In this document: piece by piece, positions 40,404-49,750 of the stretch
Position numbering within the stretch: position 1 is the first letter of the stretch
Layout: every line of letters starts with the position of its first letter
Assembly (NCBI GenBank): GCA_964503755.1
Contig: CAZDBO010000003.1
Span: 32,686-96,685 of the forward strand
Source of the DNA: an uncultured Candidatus Saccharibacteria bacterium
Lineage (GTDB): Bacteria > Patescibacteriota > Dojkabacteria > JAOAGR01
Direction: 5' to 3'
Length of the DNA stretch: 64,000 nucleotides
The notes under the pieces: model-generated
Seen by the model: only the letters and a program-made list of their open reading frames with translations
Told to the model about the DNA's origin: nothing
Database searches by the model: none
Program-made: the position numbers and the translations under genes

Positions 40404-42899
40404 CTATTGTATAAAATTTAAATTACTTTTCAAAGGGGTACCTACAACCTTATCTTTTAGTATCAGTATTCCATCACTTTGTTCTACATTTAATCCAAGT
40501 TCTTTTGCTGAACACAACATTCCATAAGACATAACACCCCTGATTTCTGTTGGTTTTATTTCAATAATTTCGCCAGTCTTGTGAGAAAACAATTTAGCAC
40601 CTGGTAAAGCAACAGGGACTAATACGTCTTCCATTCCTACTATTATATTACTCGCACCTGTTACTATCTGAACAATATTAGTTTTATCTATATCTGACCG
40701 AATATTAATATATTTATCTCCTAGATCAACTGTGCAAATAACTAATCTATCAGCATTTGGATGTTTCTCTACATTTACTATCTTTCCAACTACAATATGT
40801 TCAGTATCGTCGATAGGATCAAACATATTAACATTACTAGAATAATTTTCTCTTCCTCTTATTTGTGCTTGATATTTTGATATCAATAAATTTTCAATAG
40901 CAATATGTAAAGCATTTACCTCATCAAGTGTCAAAGTACGATCTTTAGCTTGATAAAATATACGAAACAAAATTGATCTTTTCTGCTCATCATATTCGTA
41001 TACATCGTTTATTTCGATAGAACGAACATATTCGTGGTCAAACCTTCTTATCTCATCTAACAATTCATCAGCAACAATTGCTTTTGAAACAAGAACTGAC
41101 ATATCAAGCCATGCACCAGGATATTGTGAATATTTTCCATATGAATATGTTTTTCTCTCTATCTGAGCCAACTTATTAAGATCTAGATCGAAACCAACTA
41201 CCAAGCTATCAATATCAAAATTTCTAACAAGCATAACAGTATCAAAAATACCTATATGTCCCAAAAAAATATCTTTTACATAAATATCTGCACTAAGTTC
41301 AAAAAAAGTTCTCTCTGATTTTACATACTTTATCTCTGTATATCCCAAATTTGTTAATAAAGAGTGTAATACACCTTTTAGATAATAAAACAAATATTCA
41401 TGATTATTTTTCTTAGTTATATCAACATAAACCGCTCCCAATTTTGTGATTTCTCTGTACGGAAATTCTTCATTCGAATTTTTATCTTGATAATAAATTT
41501 TTCCTACTTCAAAAAAATTAACTTCCTTATCACCTCGATCGACAACTCGCTTCAAAGAATATAAAAGCTGTACATAAATATTTGTACGCATATGTGTATG
41601 CTCTGATGTGGGTGGATTTAAGATCCCTACAGCCGAGTCAACTAAAGGATCTTTCATATTAACAAAATCTTCATGCTTGGCCATCGGCACGGTAATCAGT
41701 TCATTGAATCCAAGTGAGATCATTAAGTCCTTAATATCCTCTGATAATTGTAATATGGGCAATTTTATTTCTTTGGGTACTTCGCTTTTCAAAAAACGAT
41801 TTGGTATTTTTTCATAGCCATAAATTCTTAGTATTTCCTCAACAATATCTGCTGACTGCGCAACATCTGTACGAAAATATGGTACCGTAAGGCTAATAAA
41901 TCGACCTTGTTCAACAGAATTTATCTCAAAAGACAATTTTTTAAGAATATTTAGTATAGTATCTAAATCTATCTTGATTCCTCCAAGTCTTTCAACTTCA
42001 TATGTATCAAAAATAAAAGAAATATTACTTTGTTTTTGTGGGTATATATCATCAACATACTCAATAACAAAATTTTCTCCACTTGCATATTCAGACAGTA
42101 AATCTAAGGCTCTTGCTAAAGCATAATCACATCCCTCAGGAGAGATATCATGGGAGTGTCTTTTGGCAGCTTCGGTAAACAGATTATGCCTCAACATCGA
42201 TTTTCTAATGGTTGCATATTCATAAGCAGCACATTCCAAGATAATCTCTTTTGTATCACCAATGATTCCAGAATTTCTACCCCCTATGAGTCCTGGCATA
42301 CCTAGTATTTCTTTTCCATCTGAAAATACAAGATCCTCTTCTGTTAGTTCTATCGATGTTCCATCAAAAGTCTCTAAAACCTCACCTTTAACTGCGTTTC
42401 GTATAGAAACATTACCTCCCAACTTAGATGCATCAAAAGCGTGCATCGGCATACCTGTTTCAACCATTACAAAATTTGTTATATCGACAATATTATTTAT
42501 CGTTGATATTCCATACAGTGATAGATACTTTTTTATCCAATCTGGTGATTCTTTTACAGTGACTCCTTTTACTTTTGCATACTTAAATCTCTTCAAAGAA
42601 TTTGTTTGTGAAAAGAAACGGATAGATAAACTTTCTTTATCCTCGTTTGTTTGATAGTTGTTTACAGAAGGAACTCGTAACTCACGATCAAAAGATACGG
42701 CTACTTCTCTAGCTATTCCCAGAATAGAATAACAATCCGGTCTATTAAATCTAAGTTCTAAATCCACAACCACCTCTCCATCAACTTCAAATTTCTTATC
42801 AAGCATGTGACCTATCATCGAAAGCTTATCGGTCAACTCAGAAATCGATATATTTTCTATATCGACATAATCTTTTAGCCAAATTATTGGTACATTCAT
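40404..42899 (-). CDS. pheT: Phenylalanyl-tRNA synthetase beta subunit with permuted architecture (no N-terminal OB domain; tRNA-binding OB domain appended after FDX-ACB)
   Basis: N-terminus goes straight into B3/4 (LRFNRPDCYSILGIAREVA); core B5/catalytic-like region; FDX-ACB (RSILFRIFYQAKDRTLTLDEV); last about 130 aa KHPNADRLVICTVDLGD...GMLCSAKELGL is a Myf/EMAP-type tRNA-binding domain. Confidence 0.85.
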   Translation of the reverse strand: MNVPIIWLKDYVDIENISISELTDKLSMIGHMLDKKFEVDGEVVVDLELRFNRPDCYSILGIAREVAVSFDRELRVPSVNNYQTNEDKESLSIRFFSQTNSLKRFKYAKVKGVTVKESPDWIKKYLSLYGISTINNIVDITNFVMVETGMPMHAFDASKLGGNVSIRNAVKGEVLETFDGTSIELTEEDLVFSDGKEILGMPGLIGGRNSGIIGDTKEIILECAAYEYATIRKSMLRHNLFTEAAKRHSHDISPEGCDYALARALDLLSEYASGENFVIEYVDDIYPQKQSNISFIFDTYEVERLGGIKIDLDTILNILKKLSFEINSVEQGRFISLTVPYFRTDVAQSADIVEEILRIYGYEKIPNRFLKSEVPKEIKLPILQLSEDIKDLMISLGFNELITVPMAKHEDFVNMKDPLVDSAVGILNPPTSEHTHMRTNIYVQLLYSLKRVVDRGDKEVNFFEVGKIYYQDKNSNEEFPYREITKLGAVYVDITKKNNHEYLFYYLKGVLHSLLTNLGYTEIKYVKSERTFFELSADIYVKDIFLGHIGIFDTVMLVRNFDIDSLVVGFDLDLNKLAQIERKTYSYGKYSQYPGAWLDMSVLVSKAIVADELLDEIRRFDHEYVRSIEINDVYEYDEQKRSILFRIFYQAKDRTLTLDEVNALHIAIENLLISKYQAQIRGRENYSSNVNMFDPIDDTEHIVVGKIVNVEKHPNADRLVICTVDLGDKYINIRSDIDKTNIVQIVTGASNIIVGMEDVLVPVALPGAKLFSHKTGEIIEIKPTEIRGVMSYGMLCSAKELGLNVEQSDGILILKDKVVGTPLKSNLNFIQ

Positions 42900-42911
42900 A
42901 ATTTATTTTAT

Positions 42912-43910
42912 TTAAATTAAAGTTCCGTTATATAAATCTCTAATATCACTAATACCATACTTTTGCATTACAATACGATCAAGACCCATTCCCCAAGCAA
43001 AGCCGGTGTATTTATTTGGATCGATATTAAAAATACGAAGTGAGTTTGGATGAACCATTCCGGCCCCCAACATCTCCATCCACCCACGATATTTACAAAC
43101 CTGACAACCACTACCGTTACAGTGCAAACAACTAATATCTACTCCCGCACCTGGCTCAACTTGAGGATAGTACTTAGCTCTAAATCTAGTCTTTACATTT
43201 TCTCCAAAAAATTCTTTTACAAATCTATCTAATACTCCCTTCAAATCAGCCATAGTCAGATCTTCAGCTATAGCCAAACCTTCATATTGGAAAAATGCAA
43301 AATGATTTGTAGCATTAAGATCTTCATATCTATAAACCCTTCCAGGTACGACGATTCTCAAAGGAATGGATTCATTTTGCATTGCTCTACCTTCTACAGA
43401 TGATGTATGAGAGCGCAATATTACTTCAGGATCGTTTATAACCAAAGTATCCTGTAAAGATCTTGCTGGATGATTTTTAGGTAAATTCATAACCTCAAAT
43501 ACATAGTAATCAGTCTCAATCTCAGGCCCAGCATACACAGAAAATCCCATATTCCTAAAAATTGAATTCATTTCTCTAATAACAAGTGTCACAGGATGCA
43601 ATCGGCCAATTTTAAATTTATATCCAGGCAAGGTAACGTCAAAATAGTCATATTTACCTTTGGAAAAGGAATTAATTTGTTTCACTTGTGAATAAAATTC
43701 TTCTGCTTTTTTTCTCAGCGTATTAGCTCTTTTTCCTACAATCGATCGTTTGTCTTGTGGTAAATCTTTTATGGTTGATAAAATACGAGATAGTGAGGAT
43801 TCCTTTGATAAAAACGTCTCTTTTAATTCATAATAATCTTTATCCTGTTCTATTTGAACAAATTTATTTTCCAAAGTTTCCAATTCTTTCAAAATTAGAT
43901 CTACATTCAT
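42912..43910 (-). CDS. pheS: Phenylalanyl-tRNA synthetase alpha subunit
   Basis: Class II motifs (HPARSLQDTL, FFQYEGL, GAGMVHPNSL, GFAWGMGLDRIVM). Confidence 0.95.
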   Translation of the reverse strand: MNVDLILKELETLENKFVQIEQDKDYYELKETFLSKESSLSRILSTIKDLPQDKRSIVGKRANTLRKKAEEFYSQVKQINSFSKGKYDYFDVTLPGYKFKIGRLHPVTLVIREMNSIFRNMGFSVYAGPEIETDYYVFEVMNLPKNHPARSLQDTLVINDPEVILRSHTSSVEGRAMQNESIPLRIVVPGRVYRYEDLNATNHFAFFQYEGLAIAEDLTMADLKGVLDRFVKEFFGENVKTRFRAKYYPQVEPGAGVDISCLHCNGSGCQVCKYRGWMEMLGAGMVHPNSLRIFNIDPNKYTGFAWGMGLDRIVMQKYGISDIRDLYNGTLI

Positions 43911-43976
43911 AAACTGATTTTGATTTTAGTACAGCAATCATATAAACACAATACAAATAGAATATAATACTAATAG

Positions 43977-44744
43977 ATGCCTTCTGAAAAATACATAAAA
44001 TTTGAAAACCAAATATTACATTATTTTTTGTTTGAAAATGGCTCTAATAGAATATACTATGTTATGCTTCATGGATGGGGACTCGAATCAAAAGTCTGGA
44101 TAGATATTGGCAAATATATTCATGAACAAAAAAAAACAAACGTAATACTACTAGATCTTCCTGGATTTGGCGAAAGTAGTAAATTAAAAAATAAATATTC
44201 GTTTTTCGAATACTGTGAAATGGTTGAAAAAATAATAAATAAAATATGCGTAAGCAATGTAGAAATTGTATTAATAGGTCACTCATTTGGTGGAAAAATA
44301 AGTTCCGTATTAGCTTACAGAAAACAGTTTAACATAAAAAAAATAATTCTTATCGATTCAGCTGCTTTCACAGATAATTCCTTTAAGACTCAGATTATCA
44401 AATTATTTTCAAAAATAATACCAAAACAGATCAAGGATATTTTTTTTCTCAGAAAAATCACACAAAAACTCAGAACATCTGACTACAATCAAATAAACGA
44501 TGAAAACAAGAAATTCTTATTTCTATCAACTATAGAAACAGATATATCTGAAATTTTGAAAAAGATTCCAACTGAAGTAAATATCATTTGGGGTGAAGAC
44601 GATGAGATTACTCCACTCCCTCAAGCAATCAAACTTCAACAATTAGTAAATACAAAAAATCTTTTTATTATAAGAAACGCAAAACATTTACCATTTTTAG
44701 AGAATAAAAATGAATTTTTACAATATTTAAATCAAATATTATGA
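43977..44744 (+). CDS. Alpha/beta hydrolase fold protein
   Basis: Nucleophile elbow GHSFGG, HGWG oxyanion region. Confidence 0.7.
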   Translation: MPSEKYIKFENQILHYFLFENGSNRIYYVMLHGWGLESKVWIDIGKYIHEQKKTNVILLDLPGFGESSKLKNKYSFFEYCEMVEKIINKICVSNVEIVLIGHSFGGKISSVLAYRKQFNIKKIILIDSAAFTDNSFKTQIIKLFSKIIPKQIKDIFFLRKITQKLRTSDYNQINDENKKFLFLSTIETDISEILKKIPTEVNIIWGEDDEITPLPQAIKLQQLVNTKNLFIIRNAKHLPFLENKNEFLQYLNQIL

Positions 44745-46174
44745 AACTGAAAAATCTAGCAAGAGAAATTTATCTTTTCCAACTTGAATATTATGATATA
44801 AAAAGATATTTGAAAGCATCAAAAAACGTAAAAGAAGTTTTCTTTGAAAAAAAGATAGATTTTACCACAAAATTAATTTTTGTTCTTATAGCATCGACTT
44901 TACCCTTTTTTTTAATCGCTTTAATAAATTATCTAATTTTTGGAATGACTTTAACATTTGTTTTATTAATACTTCTTTATATCTTTATCTATATTTTTTT
45001 ATTTAAATACTTTCTTATAATTGGAAACTTTATCGTCCATCCTGTTGAATTAAGTATAAAAAATCTTATTTATTTGATAGCAAAATTGAAACTTAAAAGA
45101 TACAAAAATCTTATTGTTATAGGTGTTGCAGGAAGTTATGGAAAAACATCTACAAAAAATATAGTCTCATACTTACTTGAACAAAAATACAACGTTCTTA
45201 AAACAGACAAATCTATTAATACCCCACTTGGGATAAGTAAAATAATACTTAAAGAATTAAATGACAAACATGATTTTTTTGTTGTTGAAATAGGAGAATA
45301 TAAAAAAGGTGATGTAAAAGAGATTGTAGAAATTGCAGAACCACACATTGGCATAATAACTGGTATCAATGAAGCCCATAATGAACGTATGGGAGGGATA
45401 AAAAACGCCATCGAAACAATATTTGAGATTACAGAATCAAAAAAAATTCAAGAAATTTATATAAATATAGACGATACTAATATCAAAAACTCATATAAAA
45501 AATATGAATCTAAAAACTATCAATTTATTCCCTACTCTTCATCCAAAACTGATGATTTTTCTATCGAAGAATTAGAATTTGATACAGATGGCAATGGGCA
45601 AAAATGGAAATTACAAGATTTTAAATTAAATCAAACAATAATTGGAAAAACGAAATTAATAGCAGAATATGCTCTAGGTCCGATAATGCTTTGCTATCTT
45701 CTTAACAAAAGATTCGACGTCATTTCAATTAATCAATTTACCAAAATAATTGAACACTACAAAGGTACACCGCATCGCTTATATGTAATAAAAAATAGCA
45801 AAAATGTAATCATTATTGATGATAGCTATAACTCAAATCCCAATGGTGCAAAAGAGGCAATAAAAACACTCGCGAAATTCAAAAATCGTAGAAAAATATA
45901 TATTACTCCAGGAATGGTAGAACTAGGTGATTTATCGTATGAAAAACATTTTTATATAGGTGAATTGCTAGCAAGTTATGGTATAGACGTAATATTACTT
46001 ATAGAAAATTCTAATATAAAAGGTATCATAGACGGAGCTTTATCCAAAGGATTTAGAAAAGAAAACATAATAATTTTTAGAAATAGATCAGAACTACATA
46101 AAAATATCGAAAAATTCACTGAACCTGGTGATGTGTTATTATTTCAGAACGACGTTACAGAAAACTATTTTTAA
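44741..46174 (+). CDS. Mur ligase family protein (MurF-like) with N-terminal TM region of about 110 aa
   Basis: ATP-binding GVAGSYGKTSTK, later Mur ligase central/C-terminal motifs (TPGMVELG, HRLYVI); hydrophobic N-terminus in place of the usual N-domain. Confidence 0.7.
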   Translation: MKLKNLAREIYLFQLEYYDIKRYLKASKNVKEVFFEKKIDFTTKLIFVLIASTLPFFLIALINYLIFGMTLTFVLLILLYIFIYIFLFKYFLIIGNFIVHPVELSIKNLIYLIAKLKLKRYKNLIVIGVAGSYGKTSTKNIVSYLLEQKYNVLKTDKSINTPLGISKIILKELNDKHDFFVVEIGEYKKGDVKEIVEIAEPHIGIITGINEAHNERMGGIKNAIETIFEITESKKIQEIYINIDDTNIKNSYKKYESKNYQFIPYSSSKTDDFSIEELEFDTDGNGQKWKLQDFKLNQTIIGKTKLIAEYALGPIMLCYLLNKRFDVISINQFTKIIEHYKGTPHRLYVIKNSKNVIIIDDSYNSNPNGAKEAIKTLAKFKNRRKIYITPGMVELGDLSYEKHFYIGELLASYGIDVILLIENSNIKGIIDGALSKGFRKENIIIFRNRSELHKNIEKFTEPGDVLLFQNDVTENYF

Positions 46175-46177
46175 TTT

Positions 46178-47845
46178 ATGGAAAAAACGCAAGAAAAAGA
46201 TAGAAGTCTAAATTTCGTAATAGGTGTAATGATTTTGGGATCAATTTTAGCCAAGATCTCGGGTCTTATTAAAGTACAGATACTAACATGGGTATTTGGC
46301 ATTCAATCAAGAGATTTAGATCTATTTAACGCTGCAAATATAATACCAGAATTTATATTTTCAATCATTGTACTTGGTGGCCTAAATGCAATACTAATAC
46401 CATTATTTGTAAAAAATAAAAAACAAAAAGAACAATTTGAAAACACTTTTTTTACAATATTAAATCTCTTTCTAATATTTTTCACAAGCCTTTCGATTAT
46501 TACAATATTCTTCGCTAATCCGTTAATATTACTGCTAAATCAATTATTCAGTATCAATCTTTCGGCAGAAGAAATTAAAAAATTTGAAGAACTATTAAAA
46601 ATATTAATGTTATCCCCCATTTTTTTATCCATATCTAGTCTCATCACAAGTGTATTACAATCAAAAAAGAGATTTATTTTCACATCTATAACTACACTTG
46701 CTTACAATACAGGATTCATTTTAGGAATACTAATTGCCTACTACTATGAAAAAAATATAATTGTTGTAGCTTTGGGCACAGTGGCAGCATCCATGCTTCA
46801 TTTACTTATACAAATCCCTGAGCTGATTCGATATATTAATCATTACAGAACTATCATTGATTTTCATAACAAAGAATTAATTAACAGTTTAAAACAAATT
46901 TTACCAAGACTTGTCGGAATCTCCGCCGAATATTTGGGAATACTTTTTCAGAATTTTATAAGCTTAGGTTTAGCTTATGGATCACTAAATGTACTAAAAA
47001 TCGCAATTTCACTTCGTGATATGGCTATAGGAATTGTTGGAATCCCCATAGCACAATCAGTATTTCCTTTTTTATCAGAGGAGAAAGTCAAAAACGTACA
47101 CAATAATCAAAGTTTAATATATGGAATAAAAATACTTTTTATTCTCTTATTTCCCATCTTGTCTATCTTTATAGTACTTAACACACCAATCGTAATTTTT
47201 CTTTTCGGACTCAATGAATCAAATTACACAGGAATCAGTATAGTATCTTTACTTATAGAGATTTTAGCTATTACTATCCTTACTTCATCATTAAATGGAA
47301 TATTAAATCGCGTTTATTATGCTCTTGGCGATATAAAAACAACTACATATATTAGTATTTTTATTTTAATATTAAATATTATTTTGTCATTTTCACTTGT
47401 ACACATATTTAGGATTTTTGAATCACCGACTTTTAATATATTTTCAATGCAAATTAATTGGAATATAGAAACAACAGAGAGTCAAGTAGCGATAGCCGGT
47501 ATAGCTACTACAATATCAGCGTGTTCAATTATTAACAACATTTTATTGATATTTTTTTTAAAAAAGAAACATAAATTAGAACTAAAATTTTTATCATTAA
47601 TTTTGAAAAAAAAGTTAATAAATTTTTTTATAACAACATTATTCGGATTTTTATTATACATTTATACAAGCAGGTATGTTGAATCTGTATTTTTAGTTAT
47701 TTTAATAAATTCTATTTTTATTGTTCTATCTTTTTACACTATTTCTAAAATTATTAAAGATAATGACATTCTGATTATTGATAAATACATTGTACAAGCT
47801 TATTTTTACATAAATTCGAAAGCAAAATTAATAAAATTTAACTAG
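46178..47845 (+). CDS. murJ: Lipid II flippase MurJ (MviN)
   Basis: 14-TM MOP-family pattern, N-terminus ...ISGLIKVQILTWVFGIQSRDLDLFNAANIIPEFIFSIIVLGGLNAILIPLF. Confidence 0.75.
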   Translation: MEKTQEKDRSLNFVIGVMILGSILAKISGLIKVQILTWVFGIQSRDLDLFNAANIIPEFIFSIIVLGGLNAILIPLFVKNKKQKEQFENTFFTILNLFLIFFTSLSIITIFFANPLILLLNQLFSINLSAEEIKKFEELLKILMLSPIFLSISSLITSVLQSKKRFIFTSITTLAYNTGFILGILIAYYYEKNIIVVALGTVAASMLHLLIQIPELIRYINHYRTIIDFHNKELINSLKQILPRLVGISAEYLGILFQNFISLGLAYGSLNVLKIAISLRDMAIGIVGIPIAQSVFPFLSEEKVKNVHNNQSLIYGIKILFILLFPILSIFIVLNTPIVIFLFGLNESNYTGISIVSLLIEILAITILTSSLNGILNRVYYALGDIKTTTYISIFILILNIILSFSLVHIFRIFESPTFNIFSMQINWNIETTESQVAIAGIATTISACSIINNILLIFFLKKKHKLELKFLSLILKKKLINFFITTLFGFLLYIYTSRYVESVFLVILINSIFIVLSFYTISKIIKDNDILIIDKYIVQAYFYINSKAKLIKFN

Positions 47846-48896
47846 AATTTGCTATTTTAAATAAATATTTTTTTGTTTTCTCAATAATGTTTCTATCTTT
47901 TAACACTGCAGAAAATTCTATTGTTCCTACTAGTACACCAAAAATAGAAAGATTATGAGAACCGCATAAAAGTTCTTTGTTATCTTTTATTAGGATTTTC
48001 ATATGTATAGTTTTTTTTGTGTAATAGTGCTCAAATCTAAAAATAAATTTGAATATATTAAACAGCCAAAGAGCAAGAGAATAAGGAAATTTATTCATAT
48101 GATAATCTTTAGTATGTGGTGTTATACAAATAATTCTGATTGGAGGATTTAGAATTTTTTTAATTGCAAACAAAAAGAGAAAATCAGGTTCTGGTGGCAT
48201 TTGTTTTACGTAAATAATCTCTTCATTTGCTTGCCATATCATTTTTATCCCATCAAGAAAAGTACGTGATCTTAATGGTTTACCAATATCTAAATAATAA
48301 CGATCCTCTGCATATTCAAAAACAAAGTCATTTTTATATCTATTATAGTTTTTGTTAACCTCATAAATTTTATTAGCCAACTCCGCATCAGAAACTCGTA
48401 TCATAAAGTCATGAGATAGTCTTTTATTCCAATTTGTCGACCCAAAATAAGCGATTTTATCACCGTTTTTTTTATGAATAATTATGACTTTACGATGATC
48501 ACGCAAAGCAAAAGGAATAAATTTTTTATTAAAGTCAGACAATGGTCTTGTAAAATATACGTTAGCACCAACACTTTTCATTATTTCGAAAAACAATTCA
48601 TTCTTCTGCCTTAATTTTTTATATTTATTTGAGTTTTCTTCTTTTTTACTTATGTAGTAACCAAATTTATTTATCTTATGAATAGAAAACATTTCATCTA
48701 GCCAAAAATTAATTTTTACATTTTTATCACGTGCAAGATGATAAAGTATAAGCTGCATTTTATTACGTATATATCCATACTGAAACTTAAAATAAAAAAA
48801 ATCTATCTGAACAACATTTTCATCAGAAAAATCTTTTTTTAAACTATTAATAAAAGCTTTGTCGAACAATATCTTTATATTTTCATTATCTACCAT
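47838..48896 (-). CDS. Phospholipase D-like (HKD) family protein
   Basis: Perfect second HKD motif HMKILIKD-x6-GSHN; degenerate first copy (HKKNGDK...GSTNWN). Confidence 0.55.
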   Translation of the reverse strand: MVDNENIKILFDKAFINSLKKDFSDENVVQIDFFYFKFQYGYIRNKMQLILYHLARDKNVKINFWLDEMFSIHKINKFGYYISKKEENSNKYKKLRQKNELFFEIMKSVGANVYFTRPLSDFNKKFIPFALRDHRKVIIIHKKNGDKIAYFGSTNWNKRLSHDFMIRVSDAELANKIYEVNKNYNRYKNDFVFEYAEDRYYLDIGKPLRSRTFLDGIKMIWQANEEIIYVKQMPPEPDFLFLFAIKKILNPPIRIICITPHTKDYHMNKFPYSLALWLFNIFKFIFRFEHYYTKKTIHMKILIKDNKELLCGSHNLSIFGVLVGTIEFSAVLKDRNIIEKTKKYLFKIANSS

Positions 48897-48944
48897 AAAC
48901 CAAAATTATTATATGATATAATTTTCATAGAAATTTATATCAAG

Positions 48945-49703
48945 ATGCAAAATAAAATCAAATTATTAGTTCGGATTATTTTGTTCGTATTAGTTGTTTT
49001 TTCAATAATTTTCTTTAGTATAAAAACATACAACGATAATTTAGTTAAAAAAGAATTTGAAACAATAAAAGAACAAGTCGTAAAAATCTTAGATGTACTT
49101 AATCAGATTGTGAAAATATACAAAGGTACATCTGATAACATTAAACAAAAATTTAATAAACTAAAAGACTTATTTTTTTACTATAAAGAGAATTTACAGG
49201 AATTATTAAGAAGCAAATCCCATGAAGGTTTAATAAAATATAAAAATGTCGTAGCAAAATTAATACAAAAAGGAGAAGAATTTATATTATTTTTAGACGA
49301 ATATATCGATATCAATGAACTTTTTAATTTTATAAAAGATAAAATAGAAATTATTACTGTATATATTAAAAACATAGACTTTCAAACGATCAAAGATACT
49401 TACGAATCTATCAAATCAGAATTAGATGAATTAATGGAAAAATTAAATTCATCGAGCATTAGCTCATCAGCTAAAGAATTTTTTACAAAATTTAGTCAAG
49501 ATATGAAAAACTTTATAGATAATCTTATTTCAATCATACAATCTAAAGACCTAAATCTACTAAAAAATATTAAAGACCAAATCGAGGAATTTTTCTCTAA
49601 ATCAAAAGAAGAAATATCTACTTTCATGAAAAATTTGGTTGATAAAGGAAACAAATCAATCTATGAAATTAATTTAATCATCAATGAATTAGACAATTTT
49701 TAA
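48945..49703 (+). CDS. Hypothetical N-terminally anchored helical/coiled-coil protein
   Basis: 252-aa ORF, N-terminal TM, K/E-rich helices. Confidence 0.4.
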   Translation: MQNKIKLLVRIILFVLVVFSIIFFSIKTYNDNLVKKEFETIKEQVVKILDVLNQIVKIYKGTSDNIKQKFNKLKDLFFYYKENLQELLRSKSHEGLIKYKNVVAKLIQKGEEFILFLDEYIDINELFNFIKDKIEIITVYIKNIDFQTIKDTYESIKSELDELMEKLNSSSISSSAKEFFTKFSQDMKNFIDNLISIIQSKDLNLLKNIKDQIEEFFSKSKEEISTFMKNLVDKGNKSIYEINLIINELDNF

Positions 49704-49750
49704 ATTATTTAATTTTACTTGTTTAACTATATATATTTGATATTATTCAT

